Part shown: piece by piece, positions 8,464-15,480 of the stretch
Layout of the letters: each line of letters opens with the position of its first letter
Position numbering within the stretch: the stretch's first letter is position 1
Virus record (IMG/VR): IMGVR_UViG_3300045988_033250
Coordinates: 1-35,562 of that record
Source of the DNA: a virus
Reading direction: 5' to 3' (one strand)
Length of the DNA: 35,562 nucleotides
Notes under the pieces: generated by a model
Databases searched by the model: none
The model's input: only the letters and a program-made list of their open reading frames with translations
Told to the model about the DNA's origin: nothing
Made by a program: the position numbers and the translations under genes

Positions 8464-9092
8464 TGTTGAAATCTGTCAAAAATTACAATTCATTATATGA
8501 AGTGAATGAAAAAGGAGAAATAAGAAGCTTATATCATTGGAATGGTCACAAGTACGAAAAAAGAAAAAAGCCATATATTCTAAAGCAATCAAATACAACA
8601 ACAGGATATAAAAAGGTTGAGCTTGTGAAAGATGGAAAGAGAAAAAGCATAAAGGTTCATAGAATAGTGGCAACTGCTTTTATCCCAAATCCTATGAATA
8701 AGCCATATATAAATCATATAGATGGAAACCCTATAAATAATTGTGTTGAAAATCTTGAATGGTGTACTCAACATGAAAATATTGTACATGCATATAAAAC
8801 AGGATTGATAAAAATATCACACATTACAAAAGAAGAATTGCAGAGATATATAGAAAATGGGCTTACATATAAGCAAATAATGAAAAAAGAACATATATCT
8901 TTTAAGAGGTTACAGAATTATTACAGAATGTATGGGTTGAGGAATCAACACAATAAATACAATATTGATTTGGAACAACTTAAAAATGATTTTAAAAAAG
9001 GAATGACGAACAAAGAACTTGCAAAAAAATACAATTGTTCAAATGCACTTATTGCAACACGAAAATATCAATTAAAAAAAGGGAGAATATAA
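8463..9092 (+). CDS. Free-standing HNH homing endonuclease (NUMOD4 + HNH_3-like)
   Basis: YEVNEKGEIRS (NUMOD4-like) and HRIVATAFIPNP...INHIDGNPINNCVENLEWCTQHEN (HNH_3). The gene is locally very AT-rich and is inserted with TAATG overlaps at both ends, between the exonuclease and ssb. Confidence 0.85.
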   Translation: MLKSVKNYNSLYEVNEKGEIRSLYHWNGHKYEKRKKPYILKQSNTTTGYKKVELVKDGKRKSIKVHRIVATAFIPNPMNKPYINHIDGNPINNCVENLEWCTQHENIVHAYKTGLIKISHITKEELQRYIENGLTYKQIMKKEHISFKRLQNYYRMYGLRNQHNKYNIDLEQLKNDFKKGMTNKELAKKYNCSNALIATRKYQLKKGRI

Positions 9093-9526
9093 TGGCAGGA
9101 ATCAATTTATGTGTACTTATTGGACGTACTACTAAAGACATTGAACTAAGAAGGACAGGAAATGGCACGGCTGTTGCAAGTTTCACTCTTGCCGTCAACA
9201 GAGACTTCAAGACAAATGACGGGCAGGAAGCAGATTTCATTCAATGCGTAGCATGGAAAAAGACGGCTGAACTTTTAGAGCAGTACGTTCATAAAGGAGA
9301 TAGAATTGCCTTAAACGGCTCTATCAGAACAAGGAATTATGAAGATAGTCATGGGAGAACAGTGTATGTTACAGAAGTGTTGGTTAATCATGTTGAATTC
9401 TTAGAAACTAAGAATCGTGAAATGCCTTCTGATAGCCCTAGCAATCAAAATAAGAGTGATCCTTATAATGGCTTGGGGAATCCAGGATACGGATACGACA
9501 TAGATTCGTCTGATTTGCCATTCTAG
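9092..9526 (+). CDS. ssb: Single-stranded DNA-binding protein
   Basis: MAGINLCVLIGRTTKDIELRRTGNGTAVASFTLAVNR...ADFIQCVAWKKTAE is an OB fold, and the acidic C-terminal tip is DIDSSDLPF. Confidence 0.93.
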   Translation: MAGINLCVLIGRTTKDIELRRTGNGTAVASFTLAVNRDFKTNDGQEADFIQCVAWKKTAELLEQYVHKGDRIALNGSIRTRNYEDSHGRTVYVTEVLVNHVEFLETKNREMPSDSPSNQNKSDPYNGLGNPGYGYDIDSSDLPF

Positions 9527-9540
9527 GTGGTAATAACGGT

Positions 9541-9990
9541 ATGATAGGAAATGCAAAAGCTATCATCCAGTGGTTGTTCGACCAGCAGGACACAGAAAAG
9601 CTGTACGAGATAAAAGAGAAAAAATCGAAAAGATCATTGACAGCCAATGCGTACTACTGGTCTTTACTCAACCAGCTGGCGAGCATTATGAGAATGGATA
9701 ACCAAGAATGCCACTTTCTTATGCTAAAACGATATGGACAGTATGAAGTTGTGAGCATTCGTTCAGACGTGAGCCTACATGGTTATTTCAAGTATTATGA
9801 GGAGATAGGCGAAGGCAAAGTAAACGGCAAGGAGTTTACCCATTATAAAATCTATAAGGGCAGTTCCCAGATGGATTCTAAGGAATTTGCCGTGTTGCTT
9901 GATGGTGTAAGAAGCGAATGCGAAGAGGTAGGAATACCAACGCTAACACCGTCAGAGATTGCACAACTAAAATTTATAGGAGGTGATTAG
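9541..9990 (+). CDS. Hypothetical replication/recombination-module protein (resembles the putative HNHc_6-type nuclease family)
   Basis: KRSLTANAYYWSLLNQLASIM...YGQ...SSQMDSKEFAVLLDGVRSECEEVGIPTLTPSE resembles a family common next to ssb in Firmicutes phages. Family assignment is from memory only. Confidence 0.45.
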   Translation: MIGNAKAIIQWLFDQQDTEKLYEIKEKKSKRSLTANAYYWSLLNQLASIMRMDNQECHFLMLKRYGQYEVVSIRSDVSLHGYFKYYEEIGEGKVNGKEFTHYKIYKGSSQMDSKEFAVLLDGVRSECEEVGIPTLTPSEIAQLKFIGGD

Positions 9991-10305
9991 TTGATAGAAT
10001 CAATTATGCCTAATGGCATGTATCAGGTTAACGGTCACACATATTATTACAGCAATCAGCGTTATGAGAGCACACACAGACATGAAATTTTTTTCGGCAC
10101 TGCCAACAGAAAAAAATCAATCAAGTATGGTCTTGTAGTATTCATCAGACCTGAAGATCACAACATGTCTGAGTATGGCGTGCATAACCGAAAAGGGCAT
10201 GAATTTGACATGTATCTGAAAAAGTTGGGGCAGAAAAGAGCCATGGACGAGTATTCATGGACAACAGATGAATTTATCGAAATCTTTGGCAGGTCGTATA
10301 TTTGA
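9991..10305 (+). CDS. Ref-like (RecA-dependent nuclease / HNH-fold) small protein
   Basis: HRHEIFFGTANRKKSIKYGLVVFIRPEDHN...GVHNRKGHEFDMYLKK parallels the HHIFgG.NRk.SekyGLvv.LC..CH...vH pattern of Ref-like proteins, but without the cysteines. TTG start 5 nt after GGAGGTGA (alternative ATG at 10006). Confidence 0.5.
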   Translation: MIESIMPNGMYQVNGHTYYYSNQRYESTHRHEIFFGTANRKKSIKYGLVVFIRPEDHNMSEYGVHNRKGHEFDMYLKKLGQKRAMDEYSWTTDEFIEIFGRSYI

Positions 10306-10314
10306 GGTAGTTAC

Positions 10315-10713
10315 ATGTATAGAAAATATCACAATACAAAGACGGTTGCTGATGGAATCAAGTTCGACTCAAAGTTGGAAGCTGAACGGTATGCACAGTT
10401 GAAGATTCTGGAACGTGCAGGAATTATAAGGAAGTTGGAACTACAGCCTTCTTTTGACCTTTTGCCGTCATTCAGGAAGAATGGCAAAACATGGCGTAAA
10501 ACCGTGTATAAAGCCGATTTCAGGTACATCTTGTGTGATGGCGATAGAATTATCATCGAGGATGTGAAAGGCTCTACAGCGGTAATTACTGACGTTTTCC
10601 GTTTAAAACAAAAACTGTTCGAATACAAATATCCAGAGTACACAATTAGTATCGTTACGAGTAAAGACATCAAGAAGTTTCAAAAAGAAACGAAAGTCGG
10701 CAAAATGTGTTGA
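10315..10713 (+). CDS. DUF1064 protein (putative Holliday-junction resolvase-like nuclease)
   Basis: KFDSKLEAERYAQLKILERAGIIRKLELQPSFDL...YKADFRY...IIEDVKG...FRLKQKLF is the DUF1064 signature. The C-terminal tail KFQKETKVGKMC is encoded by a copy of the repeated element. Confidence 0.8.
   Translation: MYRKYHNTKTVADGIKFDSKLEAERYAQLKILERAGIIRKLELQPSFDLLPSFRKNGKTWRKTVYKADFRYILCDGDRIIIEDVKGSTAVITDVFRLKQKLFEYKYPEYTISIVTSKDIKKFQKETKVGKMC
10677..10691 (+). repeat. Copy of the GTTTCAAAAAGAAAC element
   Basis: gtttcaaaaagaaacgaaagtcggcaaaatgtg lies inside the 3' end of the DUF1064 gene and directly upstream of a promoter. Confidence 0.85.
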
Positions 10714-10738
10714 TTTATTCACGATGCGATGATAGAAT
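10710..10738 (+). promoter_or_regulatory. Sigma-A-type promoter for the replication operon
   Basis: -35 TTGATT (10710-10715), 17-nt spacer ending in TGA (extended -10), -10 TAGAAT (10733-10738). Confidence 0.6.
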
Positions 10739-10745
10739 TAAAAAG

Positions 10746-10873
10746 TAGCAAAAATCTACACCACCTATTCAGTAACCGCCATTGCTGAATAGCAGTGAAT
10801 GAAACTGAATAGGTACATGAACCGTATTGCATTAGGTTGGCGGACTTAATGTGATGCGGTTTTTTGTTTTTTG
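10746..10873 (+). ncRNA. Structured leader RNA / candidate attenuator upstream of the replication organizer
   Basis: CCTATTCAG (10764-10772) can pair with either CTGAATAG copy (10785-10792 or 10805-10813), giving 11 bp each. The first hairpin loop CCGCCA (10776-10781) is complementary to TGGCGG (10838-10843) in the terminator loop. It ends in an intrinsic terminator. Confidence 0.5.
10821..10873 (+). terminator. Intrinsic terminator immediately before the organizer RBS
   Basis: 14-bp stem 10821-10834 / 10847-10860 with three G-U pairs (valid on the + strand only), a 12-nt loop, then tttttgttttttg. RBS AGGAGGG starts at 10878. Confidence 0.7.
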
Positions 10874-10893
10874 AAATAGGAGGGTTACTAACC

Positions 10894-11721
10894 ATGAATG
10901 ATATTAAATTAAATGACATTGCAGATGATCTGTTGATCCTTAACAAAATAACTGTTGATAGGTTATTCCAGCTTGAAAATTGTGCTGATTGCATTGCACT
11001 ATATGTGTTTTATTACAAAACAGCAAAGTGGCAGAAGACAAACACTGTGAAAGCAAACGATCAGTATGTGAAGAAGTCACTTAAATGGGGCATTTCAAAG
11101 ATTCAGAAAACGAAGCAGACGCTGAAGGAGCATGGTCTGATTGATATTGTTCAGCGCAGAAAAGATGGAAAAATCGAAGGCTGGTTCATAAAGGTTTCGT
11201 ACCTTGTGAATGAAAGAAAAGCTGATGAAATTAAAATAAAAGTGCAAAATATCAACAATACCCAAAATCAACAAGTAGAAAATTGTACAAGTGGCAATGA
11301 AGAAACAAATGCTTTAAAAGAAAAAATTAAATGCTTAAAAAAAGAAATAGAAATGCTTAAAGATAATAAGAAAGAAAGAAAGCCAAAGAAGCAAACCAAG
11401 TCGTATGATGAACAGATTGCAGAGTATACACAAAATGAAGATTTACAGAATGCGTTGAAAGCATTCTTACAGATGAGATCATTCATCAAGAAGCCAATGA
11501 CAGAGTATGCTCTTAAACTCATGCTGAAGAAACTTGATGAACTGGGAAATACAGACGATGTAAAAATCGCTATTCTCAATCAGTCAATAACACATAACTG
11601 GCAAGGAATCTTCCCATTGAAGGATGGATATACAAAGCAGGAGAAACAGCCAGATAAGAAATACGACCAGAACGGCTATGAGTCGGAAGAAGATCTCATG
11701 GCTATGTTTTACGGCAAATAA
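10894..11721 (+). CDS. Phage replisome organizer / DnaD-domain replication initiation protein
   Basis: N-terminal winged-helix-like region, then a Lys/Glu-rich linker. The C-terminus LQNALKAFLQMRSFIKKPMTEYALKLMLKKLDELG...AILNQSITHNWQGIF resembles DnaD/DnaB_2 domains. ATG at 10894 after AGGAGGG. A DnaC-like loader lies downstream. Confidence 0.7.
   Translation: MNDIKLNDIADDLLILNKITVDRLFQLENCADCIALYVFYYKTAKWQKTNTVKANDQYVKKSLKWGISKIQKTKQTLKEHGLIDIVQRRKDGKIEGWFIKVSYLVNERKADEIKIKVQNINNTQNQQVENCTSGNEETNALKEKIKCLKKEIEMLKDNKKERKPKKQTKSYDEQIAEYTQNEDLQNALKAFLQMRSFIKKPMTEYALKLMLKKLDELGNTDDVKIAILNQSITHNWQGIFPLKDGYTKQEKQPDKKYDQNGYESEEDLMAMFYGK
11307..11362. repeat. Three iteron-like direct repeats AAATGCTT(T)AAA spaced exactly 22 bp (candidate ori)
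   Basis: ATGCTT occurs at 11309, 11331 and 11353. The same DNA word is read in three different codon phases (NAL, KCL, EML). Nearby pair: CAAAAT(AT)CAACAA at 11245 and 11263. Confidence 0.55.
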
Positions 11722-11787
11722 GTTTCAAAAAGAAACAAAATGTGGAAAAATGTATTGCAATTGCTTTCATATTATGATATTATAATG
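11722..11787 (+). promoter_or_regulatory. Repeat element plus near-consensus promoter (copy A of a 66-bp direct repeat)
   Basis: GTTTCAAAAAGAAAC at 11722-11736. -35 TTGCAA (11755-11760), 17-nt spacer ending in TGA, -10 TATTAT (11778-11783), overlapping TATAAT at 11781-11786. About 92 percent identical to 13799-13864. Confidence 0.7.
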
Positions 11788-11813
11788 TTGTAGAAAGAAA
11801 GAGGTACAAAGAT

Positions 11814-11972
11814 ATGACATACGAACAAGCATTGAAAAAAGAATACAGAAATAGGGACTGGTCAGATGGTTACATCGTTGAAAAAGATGGCGATTACGAA
11901 GTCGCTTACAATGGCCATGATCTTGAGTGTGCAATGGCTAATGGCTGGAAGTTTGTCGGCTTGAGCAAGTAA
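11814..11972 (+). CDS. Small hypothetical protein (52 aa)
   Basis: MTYEQALKKEYRNRDWSDGYIVEKDGDYEVAYNGHDLECAMANGWKFVGLSK. RBS AAGAGG lies upstream. It is below the ORF-track cutoff. Confidence 0.55.
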   Translation: MTYEQALKKEYRNRDWSDGYIVEKDGDYEVAYNGHDLECAMANGWKFVGLSK

Positions 11973-11993
11973 GAAAGAGAAGGAAAAAAGAAC

Positions 11994-12275
11994 ATGAAAA
12001 TAAAAGTAAATACAAATAAAACAGCAGAAGTAAGAGTTTATGTAAGTAATGATTTGCTAAGATTGTTTGGCGAAGATTTTTTCTTTGATGGTTATCCTTT
12101 AGGAAAAGTCAAAGCCAATGCAAATAAAACTTACCAAGAGGAAGTATACAGAGGGGTCTATCAAGATATTAATTGCGAATATCATTATGATAGAAAAACC
12201 CATATACATTCCTATTGGTTAGCAGGCAATCACGATTATAGTGATTGCTGGCTTATGGGTGGTCATAAAGCCTAA
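11994..12275 (+). CDS. Hypothetical protein
   Basis: 93-aa ORF after GAAGGAAAA, co-oriented with its neighbours. Confidence 0.6.
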   Translation: MKIKVNTNKTAEVRVYVSNDLLRLFGEDFFFDGYPLGKVKANANKTYQEEVYRGVYQDINCEYHYDRKTHIHSYWLAGNHDYSDCWLMGGHKA

Positions 12276-12327
12276 AAATGTAGTGAAGCGATAACACTCA
12301 AAACACTGACTTTTGGAGGAGAAACAA

Positions 12328-12918
12328 ATGTTTAATATGAATAGTGGTTACACTGGTTACAGTATGAGCAATCGTGCCGTAGAGGCATATGAAGATGGCG
12401 AAATGCCATTATCTAAATGGAGCAAACAATTAATTATTGATGAAGTAGTAGAATATGATCATTTTACAAAAGAAGATCTTAAAAAGTATACTAAGAAAGT
12501 ATTAACAGAGTACTTCCTGGAGCGTTCTTCATGGCATCACACTGGCAAGTTCTGTAACGAAACAGACTTTTATTCTATTAATTCAAATCGTGCTGAAAAC
12601 GGCTCTATTGATGATTTAGAAGAACTTAAAGACTGCTACAAGAAAAAAATTAAAAAAGTAGAAAAGCTAGAAATTAAGAAGGCAAAAGTTAAATACTTAG
12701 AATGGAGCGGATCTAGATCACATCCTAAAGCCACTGAAGTAGAAGGTTATGCTGTAATTATTGGCAACTGGGCTTATTTCACAAGTGGAAATAAGAAAAA
12801 CCTATCATCAAACGGATTTAAAATTATAGAAACATATGATCGTGCACCTAGAGGTACTGCCAATATCTTTAAGAGAATCTTGAATAATCTACCAGATGCA
12901 GTAAAAAAGAAAATCTAA
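12328..12918 (+). CDS. Hypothetical protein (conserved N-terminal SGYTGYSMSNRAVEAYEDGEMPLSKW motif)
   Basis: ATG at 12328 lies 7 nt after GGAGGAG. The N-terminal motif recurs in Firmicutes phage/ICE proteins of unknown function (recollection only). Confidence 0.65.
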   Translation: MFNMNSGYTGYSMSNRAVEAYEDGEMPLSKWSKQLIIDEVVEYDHFTKEDLKKYTKKVLTEYFLERSSWHHTGKFCNETDFYSINSNRAENGSIDDLEELKDCYKKKIKKVEKLEIKKAKVKYLEWSGSRSHPKATEVEGYAVIIGNWAYFTSGNKKNLSSNGFKIIETYDRAPRGTANIFKRILNNLPDAVKKKI

Positions 12919-12971
12919 TGCAATTTATTAAAGAAAGACATCGCATCTTATAAGAAAAGGAGGAACAAAAC

Positions 12972-13796
12972 ATGAAAAGCATATACGATATATTTAAGAA
13001 TGAAGAGCCGACGGCGGAAGGGATACAGCGAATGCTTGCCACTTGTGATGATAAATCTGAGTATATCAAAGGCAATATGATTTATTGCCGAAAATGCAAC
13101 GAGCCACGAAGAGAATGGCTGTCGCTGATTGGTGGATATGTTCCTGTGATGTGTTCATGCATGATTGCAGAGCAAAAGAAACAGGACAGACTGGCACGAA
13201 TTAAAAAATACAGGAACACAGGATTTCCTGACAGAGAACTTCAGAAATGCAGATTTGATCTTGATGATCAGAAAGCAAAGAAGGCTAGCGACATGTGCAG
13301 GAATTATGCCAAAAAATTTGACGAGTTCAAGAAAGCAGGAAAAGGGCTTATCCTGTTTGGCGGAGTTGGAACAGGCAAGACGTTTCTTGCATCATGCATT
13401 GCGAATGAGTTGATTGACAATGGTATGCCGTGTCTGGTAACAAATTTTGCACGAATCATCAATACGCTTCAGGGCATGTATGAAGGAAAGCAGAACTATC
13501 TGGACAGCCTGAACGAGTTTGATCTTCTAGTTATTGATGATCTGGGTATTGAGCGAAACACGGAGTACGTTAACGAGTTGGTGTATAACATTATTGATGC
13601 GAGATACAGAAGCGGAAAACCGATGATAATTACCACTAATCTGAAGTATTCAGACTTGTACCATACAGAAGATACAAGCAAAGCCAGAATTTACAGCCGT
13701 ATCATTGAAATGTGTCTTCCTGTACTTGTCAGCGGAGAGGATAGAAGAAAAAACAAGATGCAGGACTCAAGGCTGATGGATATATTAAACGGTTAA
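12972..13796 (+). CDS. DnaC/DnaI-like AAA+ helicase loader
   Basis: Walker A GGVGTGKT, Walker B LLVIDDLG, and ARYRSGKPMIITTN. The N-terminus has CxxC pairs (CRKCNEP...CSC). Confidence 0.9.
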   Translation: MKSIYDIFKNEEPTAEGIQRMLATCDDKSEYIKGNMIYCRKCNEPRREWLSLIGGYVPVMCSCMIAEQKKQDRLARIKKYRNTGFPDRELQKCRFDLDDQKAKKASDMCRNYAKKFDEFKKAGKGLILFGGVGTGKTFLASCIANELIDNGMPCLVTNFARIINTLQGMYEGKQNYLDSLNEFDLLVIDDLGIERNTEYVNELVYNIIDARYRSGKPMIITTNLKYSDLYHTEDTSKARIYSRIIEMCLPVLVSGEDRRKNKMQDSRLMDILNG

Positions 13797-13798
13797 AT

Positions 13799-13864
13799 GT
13801 TTCAAAAAGAAACAAAATGCGGGAAAATGTATTGCAATCGCTTACATATTATGATATTATAATA
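13799..13864 (+). promoter_or_regulatory. Repeat element plus near-consensus promoter (copy B of the 66-bp direct repeat)
   Basis: GTTTCAAAAAGAAAC at 13799-13813. -35 TTGCAA (13832-13837), 17-nt spacer ending in TGA, -10 TATTAT (13855-13860). Confidence 0.7.
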
Positions 13865-13893
13865 ATGTAATCTAAGAGAGAGGAAGAAAGAAT

Positions 13894-14331
13894 ATGAAAA
13901 CATTAGCAGAAACATTATTGAACTATTATCAGGAACACGAGGACGACTTCAATCGTGACATCGAGTAACTAGATTGCTGGAACGGAATCCTTGGAGACAG
14001 CCGTGTCGAGCAGATGGATATGCTCGATGAGATTTGCCAAGGTAAAGAGGTTACCGAGATTCTGAGACGTGCGTATTTCAGACATGACGATGATACCTGG
14101 CACGAGGAAAATGGCGAGAGAGTCTATGGAGAGTTCAATCCGAACCGTGATTATTTCTACTTTAACGGATATGGAAATCTTGTTAGCACTGATCAATGTG
14201 ACTACAGCGACTTCCTTGATGAGAATTTCGTGGAGGACATTATCGACAATGAATGCCATCTTGATCTTAGCGATGGCGCACAGGAAATCATTGACAACTA
14301 TGATGAGGACGGTGACAGCGATGAAAATTAA
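13894..14331 (+). pseudogene. Acidic early protein gene interrupted by one in-frame TAA (13966-13968)
   Basis: A strong RBS (GAGAGGAAG) serves the ATG at 13894. Reading MKTLAETLLNYYQEHEDDFNRDIE*LDCWNGILGDSRVEQMDMLDEI... stays open in the same frame to 14331. The track ORF start at 14014 has no RBS. Confidence 0.65.
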
Positions 14332-14641
14332 GACATGGAATATTGAAGAATTGACTGGATATACCCCTAGAACAACGTTCTATGAGGACTTCAGCATTGC
14401 AGATCATTTCGGTGCTTAGGCAGTCCGTGATACTTATTGCAGAGCGTTCAACGCATGGCAGAACAATATTGAATACATGACAGAGCTTGTTATGGTTCTG
14501 AACTGGAAGATCAGCGAGCATTACAGAAGGAACTTCATGCTTGCTGAGATGTATGATGAACTTTGGCGAAAGGCTGATGAATGGGTTTTTGACCATTTCG
14601 ATGGTGAGGACTTACAATATTTCTTGAGAACAACGGACTAG
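14321..14641 (+). pseudogene. Early gene interrupted by one in-frame TAG (14417-14419)
   Basis: MKIKTWNIEELTGYTPRTTFYEDFSIADHFGA*AVRDTYCRAFNAWQNNIEYMTELVMVLNWKISEHY...LRTTD*. There are 73 further open codons in the same frame after the TAG, ending right at a terminator. Confidence 0.65.
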
Positions 14642-14660
14642 GAAAACCTAGTCTTTTTTT
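14636..14660 (+). terminator. Rho-independent terminator
   Basis: gactagg-aaaa-cctagtc followed by T7. Confidence 0.8.
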
Positions 14661-14695
14661 ATCGAAAAAATTGCCAAAAAATGTCATGAAAACGT

Positions 14696-14724
14696 TTGAC
14701 TTTTCTATATTATAGTATTATAAT
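14696..14724 (+). promoter_or_regulatory. Near-consensus sigma-A promoter for the accessory gene block
   Basis: -35 TTGACT (14696-14701), 17-nt spacer, -10 TATAAT (14719-14724). Confidence 0.7.
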
Positions 14725-14755
14725 ATAACTGTAAAAAGAAAAGGAGAACAAAGAA

Positions 14756-15022
14756 ATGATTGAAAAAAAGACAATTAGAAATTTATATTCATATCTTATA
14801 AACACAAAAGAGGATAAAATTATTATCAGAACATCGTACGTAAAAGGCGGTTGGGACGATAATGAGCTCGATGCTCATCTGGCAGGATTCAACATTGTAA
14901 GATTCATCAATCCGGAATACGAAGCAAAGCATGAATTTTCCGAATGCTACAAATCTTACATTCTTATTTATAGATTAAATGTAAGCATTACAGATGATTT
15001 TAGAACAAGATCACTAGTATAA
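14756..15022 (+). CDS. Hypothetical protein
   Basis: 88-aa ORF with RBS AAGGAGAA. Confidence 0.65.
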   Translation: MIEKKTIRNLYSYLINTKEDKIIIRTSYVKGGWDDNELDAHLAGFNIVRFINPEYEAKHEFSECYKSYILIYRLNVSITDDFRTRSLV

Positions 15023-15036
15023 GGAGTAAAAACAAA

Positions 15037-15480
15037 ATGGAAAAAGCACTATTCACAAGCAATTCTGATGAATGGGAAACACCGTCAGAAGTATACATGA
15101 GGCTAAACGAAAGATTTAAATTCACACTAGATCCATGCTCGACAAAAGAAAATCATTTGTGCGATAAATATTACACAAAAGAAGAAAACGGACTTTGCAA
15201 GTCGTGGAAAGGTGAAACTGTGTTTGTCAATCCACCATACAGTAAAATTAAACAGTGGGTTGAAAAATGCTATAAGGAATACGAAACAAACGGAACAACA
15301 GTAGTAATGTTGATTCCAAGCAGAACAGACACAAGATATTTTCACAATTACATTTATCATAAGGCAGAGATTGAATTTATTAAAGGGCGTTTACATTTTA
15401 GCAATTCAAAAAATAGCGCACCGTTTCCGTCTATGATAGTGATATACCAACAAACGGAGGAGAAAGAAAAAGATGATTAA
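15037..15480 (+). CDS. Phage DNA N6-adenine methyltransferase (Dam family)
   Basis: SDEWETP...FTLDPC...VFVNPPYS...MLIPSRTDTRYFH...GRLHF matches the phage Dam (PF05869-type) pattern with the NPPY catalytic motif. Confidence 0.88.
   Translation: MEKALFTSNSDEWETPSEVYMRLNERFKFTLDPCSTKENHLCDKYYTKEENGLCKSWKGETVFVNPPYSKIKQWVEKCYKEYETNGTTVVMLIPSRTDTRYFHNYIYHKAEIEFIKGRLHFSNSKNSAPFPSMIVIYQQTEEKEKDD

Noticed and set aside
11307-11362. AAATGCTTAAA repeats as a simple by-product of a repetitive coiled-coil coding sequence.
   Set aside because: The 22-bp spacing is not a multiple of three, and the word is read in three different phases giving different amino acids. Protein-level repetition therefore does not explain it; it is kept as an iteron candidate.
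13165-13413. 82-aa alternative-frame + strand ORF inside the DnaC-like gene, and similar same-strand overlapping ORFs (1301-1498, 24074-24301, 28837-29019, 30813-31034, 32607-32798, 34780-34962).
   Set aside because: They are embedded out of frame within well-supported genes, have no RBS, and have compositionally odd translations.
13894-14641. Stop-codon reassignment (alternative genetic code) as the explanation for the in-frame TAA and TAG.
   Set aside because: All long structural, replication and lysis genes are intact under the standard code and terminate normally with TAA, TAG or TGA. Only two isolated internal stops are seen, of two different kinds, and no suppressor tRNA gene was recognised in the window.
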